Shown here: positions 59,829 to 64,000 of the stretch, piece after piece
Numbering within the stretch: the first letter of the stretch is position 1
How the letters are laid out: every line of letters starts with the position of its first letter
Assembly (NCBI GenBank): GCA_023423935.1
Contig: JAFAEQ010000058.1
Location: 48,943-112,942 of the forward strand
Direction of reading: 5' to 3'
Length of the DNA stretch: 64,000 bases
From: Pseudomonadota bacterium
GTDB taxonomy: Bacteria; Pseudomonadota; Gammaproteobacteria; Steroidobacterales; Steroidobacteraceae
Translations under genes and position numbers: made by a program
Notes under the pieces: model-generated
What the model was told of the DNA's origin: nothing
The model's input: the letters and a program-made list of their open reading frames with translations, nothing else
Database searches by the model: none

Positions 59829-61079
59829 TCACGCCGTCTTTGCGGCTTCCGCTTCCCCGCTCGTCAGTTCTCCTTCCCACTTCGACACCACGGCAGTGGC
59901 GATGCTGTTGCCGATCACGTTGGTGGCGGAGCGGCCCATGTCGAGGAAGTGATCGACGCCGAGCAGCAGCAAGAGGCCGGCTTCGGGGATGTTGAACTGG
60001 GTGAGTGTTGCCGCGATCACGACGAGTGAGGCGCGCGGCACGCCGGCAATGCCTTTCGAGGTGAGCATGAGGATCGCGACCATCGCGATCTGCTGGCTGA
60101 TCGAAATCTCGATGCCGTAGGCCTGGGCGATGAACATCACTGCAAACGTGCAGTACATCATCGAACCGTCGAGATTGAACGAGTACCCCACCGGAAGCAC
60201 GAAGCTGGCGATGCGGTTGCTGCAGCCGAAGCGCTCGAGCTCTTCGAGCGTGCGCGGATAGGCGGCCTCGGAGCTCGCCGTCGAGAACGCAAGAATCACC
60301 GGGGCACGCAGGCGCCGGATCAGACGCACGATGCTCGGCCCGATGATGAGCGCACCGAGCGTGATCAGAATGATCCACAGCAGTAAAAGGCCGAGATAGA
60401 ACTCGCCCATGAAAATGCCGTAGACGCGCAGGATATCGAGACCTTCCTTCGCGACGGTGCTCGCCAATGCGCCGAACACTGCGAGCGGTGCGAACAGCAT
60501 CACGTAGCTCGTCACCTTGAGCATGATGTGTGCAACCGAATCGATCACTTCGATGACCGGCTTGCTGCGCTCGCCGAGCGCGGCCATCGCCGATCCGAAG
60601 AACACCGAGAACACCACGATCTGCAGGATCTCGTTGCGCGCCATGGCATCGATGACGCTCGTCGGAATGGTGTGTGCGATGAAGCCTTGCAACGACAACG
60701 CGTTGGCCTGCACGTCCGATGTCGCGTGAGTGTCGGGCAAGGCAAGCTGCATCGCCTTGCCAGGCTCGAGCAGCTGCACCAGCACCAACCCGAGCGTGAG
60801 CGAGATCAGCGAGGCAAAGATGAACCAGCCGAGCGCCTTGCCGCCGATGCGTCCGACGGTGGTGATATCGCCCATTTTCGCGATGCCGACGATGAGCGTC
60901 GCCAGCACCAGTGGCGCGATGATCATCTTGATCAACCGCAGGAACATGGTCGGCAGAAGCGAGGTCGCTTCCGCGAATCCGGCGGTCGATTCAGGATAGA
61001 ACGTGTAGCAGATGTAACCGCTGATCAGGCCGAGCACGAGGCCGACGATGATGAAGGTGGTCAGGCGATTCGACGGCAT
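59829..61079 (-). CDS. Dicarboxylate/amino acid:cation symporter (GltP/DctA family)
   Basis: FLRLIKMII, FSTASSE, GYSFNLDG, TSKGIAGVP, DMGRS. Confidence 0.93.
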   Translation of the reverse strand: MPSNRLTTFIIVGLVLGLISGYICYTFYPESTAGFAEATSLLPTMFLRLIKMIIAPLVLATLIVGIAKMGDITTVGRIGGKALGWFIFASLISLTLGLVLVQLLEPGKAMQLALPDTHATSDVQANALSLQGFIAHTIPTSVIDAMARNEILQIVVFSVFFGSAMAALGERSKPVIEVIDSVAHIMLKVTSYVMLFAPLAVFGALASTVAKEGLDILRVYGIFMGEFYLGLLLLWIILITLGALIIGPSIVRLIRRLRAPVILAFSTASSEAAYPRTLEELERFGCSNRIASFVLPVGYSFNLDGSMMYCTFAVMFIAQAYGIEISISQQIAMVAILMLTSKGIAGVPRASLVVIAATLTQFNIPEAGLLLLLGVDHFLDMGRSATNVIGNSIATAVVSKWEGELTSGEAEAAKTA

Positions 61080-61097
61080 CGTGGCAACTCCTGCGAA

Positions 61098-61883
61098 TCA
61101 GCCCACGAAGACCAGCAGCGCTGCACCGGCGACGATGCGGTACCACGCAAACGGCGTGAAGCGATGCGTCTGGATGTATCGCAACAGCCACTTGACGGCA
61201 ATGAACGCGACGATGGCCGAGACGACGAAGCCGACGGCCAGCTCGGTCCAGTTCTCGTTTGCCATCTCACCTGACTGATACAGATCGAGGACTTCGTAGG
61301 CGGTCGCGGCGAACATGGTGGGGATGCCGACGAGGAACGCGAACTCCGCCGCAGCGGGCCGCGAGGTCATGCCCGCCAGCATCGCAGCGAAAATCGTCGC
61401 CGCCGAACGCGAGGTGCCTGGAAATACCGCCGCGAGGATCTGGCCGAGTCCGACCCAGATCGCCACCTTCCAGGTGAGCGTGGCACGCTCGGGCTGACGG
61501 CTTGCGTACGCTTCGACGGCGAAGATCGCGAATCCACCGATGATCAACGCCCACGCCACGGGCGCTACTGTCTCTGGCAGCTCCAGACCGAGCTTCTTCG
61601 CGGTGAATCCGCCCGCGACGGTGATCAGAAATGCAACCGCAAGCTTGTACAGATAGTCGCGATTAGCCGGTTGCGAGAGATTCAGCGTGAGATCCCACAG
61701 ACGGCGCCAGTAGATCACGACGACCGCGAGGATGGCGCCCGCCTGGATCGCGACATTGAACAGATCGGATCTGCGACCGAGCCAGTGCTCGGCGATCAGC
61801 AGATGGCCCGTGCTCGAGATGGGGAGAAACTCAGTGATGCCTTCGATGATTCCGAGAAGGATGACCTGCAGCAGATTTTCCAC
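61098..61883 (-). CDS. uppP: Undecaprenyl-diphosphate phosphatase
   Basis: EGITEFLPISSTGH, PGTSRS motifs. Confidence 0.93.
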   Translation of the reverse strand: MENLLQVILLGIIEGITEFLPISSTGHLLIAEHWLGRRSDLFNVAIQAGAILAVVVIYWRRLWDLTLNLSQPANRDYLYKLAVAFLITVAGGFTAKKLGLELPETVAPVAWALIIGGFAIFAVEAYASRQPERATLTWKVAIWVGLGQILAAVFPGTSRSAATIFAAMLAGMTSRPAAAEFAFLVGIPTMFAATAYEVLDLYQSGEMANENWTELAVGFVVSAIVAFIAVKWLLRYIQTHRFTPFAWYRIVAGAALLVFVG

Positions 61884-62106
61884 GGACGGCCCATGTCGAA
61901 GTTGCGGGAGTCCGCGATGATACTGGCTGATCCGGCCAGGTGGGGGGACAAATTTTCCTGGCCCGAAGCATGCACCGCGTCTGCCCGTCACGTATTTCGC
62001 GCGCACTCCATCGAGCCACGCAGCCTCAGCCGCAACGAAGATCGCAGCCCGTTGCGGTGTTTCTGAGGCACCATACCGCCCCTGTATTCACTGGATCGCC
62101 CCTTCG

Positions 62107-64000
62107 ATGGAAGCTCTGGAGATCACCTCGCATTTGACTGTCGCGGACTGGCGCGCCTATCAGGCCGCCTGGGCCGCTCGCCTGCAGAAACACTCGCGGT
62201 CCCGCCGCTCGCTGCTGAGCGTGGTGCTCATCGCTTTCGTGCTCGCTGTCTTGCTCGTGATGTATGCAACTCGCGCAGGTCAGACCGTGCCGTTCGCAGC
62301 GGTCGTGATCGGTGCGAGCGCCGCGGTGCTCGGCATCATGCTCAACATGCGGCGTCTGCGAGGTGCGGCGCAGCCTGACGAAGACGGTGTGGTACTGGGG
62401 CTCAACGAGCTGCGTTTGGATACGCAGGGCATGCACCTGCGCAAGGCACACTCGGACATCGTGCATCGCTGGGCCGTGTTCCGCGATCTCACCATCACCT
62501 CCGAACACCTCTTCGTATGGGTCGACACCGTCGCCGCACTGATCGTGCCGATTCGCGATTTGCCGGCCGGTGTGACGCCAGAGGACGCCGCGCAGCGCAT
62601 TCGGGATTTTGCGGCCCAGCGGGATGAGTCGTCGCACATCGAAGCGAACGCGGCAGCACGAGACTCGCCGCCTGCGGGCGCGGTTCCATCGCAGGAGAAG
62701 CGTCGCATCCCCGCTGCAATCCTGCGCGCTCTGACGCTGCGGGCGAGCTATCCCGCCACGCTCGATCTCAGCGATGCAGCCTTGCTGCGGCTCTGGCTCG
62801 TCAGTGCGCTGATGCTGTTTACGCTCGACTCGCTCAACGCCGGCACGGATCCGCAGTTCGACTCCTACGGCCTGGTCGTGATCGGTTGGTATGGGATCAT
62901 TCTCGTATCGGTGGCCGCCATGTGGGCACGATTGTCGGAGCCGCGTGTCTCGTGGCGCGACGGCATCACGCTTGCCTCGGCATTCGCGCCGGTGGCGATC
63001 GTGCTGTGCTATGCGGGTCTGCGATACCTGCCCGAATCCGCATCGCTCGGCGTGCTGGTCCTGATCGCGTTGTATGCGACGTTCTATGCTCACGCAGGAC
63101 TGCGCTCACTCACGGCACGTGCGCAGCCGCGCGCATTGTTCATGGGATTGTTGTTGCTGTCGCTCGCAGCCTGGTTCGGTCAGTCGCATTATCTTGCGCC
63201 GCAGTTCTGGTATTCCGAAGCAGACGCTGCAGGCGCCGCGGATTTCGAGCCCACATTCGCGCAACGTCAGCAGATCGAATCGGTTCTCTACGCGCAGACC
63301 GATCTCATCGATTCGGCCGTCGATGCGATGGACCGACCGGACGATCTCGCGGTGGCCGGTTTCTTCATCGGATTTGCGGGTGTCGGCGAGCAGCGCGTAT
63401 TTGCGGGTGAGATCGATCTTGCCCAAAAAGCGATCGGCAGCAAATTCGGCACGAGCCCGCGCTCCATGGCGCTCGTCAACGATCGACGCGATCTGGCGAG
63501 CTATCCGCTGGCCAGCGCGAGCGCCCTGCGCGTCGCACTCGCCGACGTCGCAGCGAAGATGGATCTGGAGAACGACGTGCTGTTCCTGTCGTTGTCCTCG
63601 CATGGCTCCGCCGATGGCCTGCTGGCGGTGAGCAATCCCGGTGTTCCGCTCAACGATCTGACGGCAGAAGAACTGGCCGACGCACTCGAAGGCTCGGGCA
63701 TTCGCTGGCGCGTGATCGTCGTGTCAGCCTGCTATTCGGGCACCTTCATTGAACCCTTACGCAACGAAGACACGATCGTGATCACCGCCGCGGCGGCGGA
63801 TCGCACGTCCTTCGGCTGTTCCGACGATCGCGATCTCACTTATTTCGGCGAAGCGTTCTATCGCGATGCCCTGCCGGATGCGCCGGATCTGCGGACCGCA
63901 TTTCAGCGCACGAAGACCTTGATCGCTGAGCGCGAGAAGCGCGAAGCGATCGAGCCGTCCTTTCCGCAGGCCTATTTCGGCGCGGCCCTCGAACGACATC
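62107..64000 (+). CDS. YcxB-like / multi-TM / C13 peptidase fusion (runs off window end)
   Basis: Manually read as an open frame from ATG 62107; C13-type LSSHGS and VSACYSG His/Cys motifs, AADRTSFGC. Absent from the ORF track because there is no stop in the window. Confidence 0.85.
   Translation, partial: MEALEITSHLTVADWRAYQAAWAARLQKHSRSRRSLLSVVLIAFVLAVLLVMYATRAGQTVPFAAVVIGASAAVLGIMLNMRRLRGAAQPDEDGVVLGLNELRLDTQGMHLRKAHSDIVHRWAVFRDLTITSEHLFVWVDTVAALIVPIRDLPAGVTPEDAAQRIRDFAAQRDESSHIEANAAARDSPPAGAVPSQEKRRIPAAILRALTLRASYPATLDLSDAALLRLWLVSALMLFTLDSLNAGTDPQFDSYGLVVIGWYGIILVSVAAMWARLSEPRVSWRDGITLASAFAPVAIVLCYAGLRYLPESASLGVLVLIALYATFYAHAGLRSLTARAQPRALFMGLLLLSLAAWFGQSHYLAPQFWYSEADAAGAADFEPTFAQRQQIESVLYAQTDLIDSAVDAMDRPDDLAVAGFFIGFAGVGEQRVFAGEIDLAQKAIGSKFGTSPRSMALVNDRRDLASYPLASASALRVALADVAAKMDLENDVLFLSLSSHGSADGLLAVSNPGVPLNDLTAEELADALEGSGIRWRVIVVSACYSGTFIEPLRNEDTIVITAAAADRTSFGCSDDRDLTYFGEAFYRDALPDAPDLRTAFQRTKTLIAEREKREAIEPSFPQAYFGAALERH

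Overview
High-GC bacterial chromosome segment, by gene content most likely a gammaproteobacterium (Steroidobacter/Xanthomonadales-like; inference, no search run). It holds the flgB-I flagellar operon with divergent flgA-flgM-flgN and clear sigma54/sigma28 promoters; Fur-boxed hemP and a PepSY-TM/DUF2271/DUF4198/flavoprotein cluster; a class I ribonucleotide reductase under an NrdR box plus cobalamin riboswitch; a yybP-ykoY riboswitch with a TMEM165 exporter; lipid, RNA-modification and transport genes; an RND pump; an M48 protease; a probable pseudokinase; a DUF2946-TonB receptor pair; complete kdpFABCDE; corA, a dicarboxylate/amino acid symporter, uppP; and a YcxB-like/C13-peptidase fusion running off the end. 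I saw no rRNA, tRNA, CRISPR array or transposase. The most unusual signal is a family of paired, inverted 7-mer/9-mer tandem arrays at 6 of 7 flgB-I junctions and at several other gene junctions. One 5x7-nt array puts the natural-looking flgH start out of frame, and removing it gives a textbook lipoprotein signal peptide. Other candidates are a GGA-rich Csr/Rsm-like RNA upstream of trxA and two leader-ORF/anti-SD translational switches. Family assignments come from motif recognition, not database hits.
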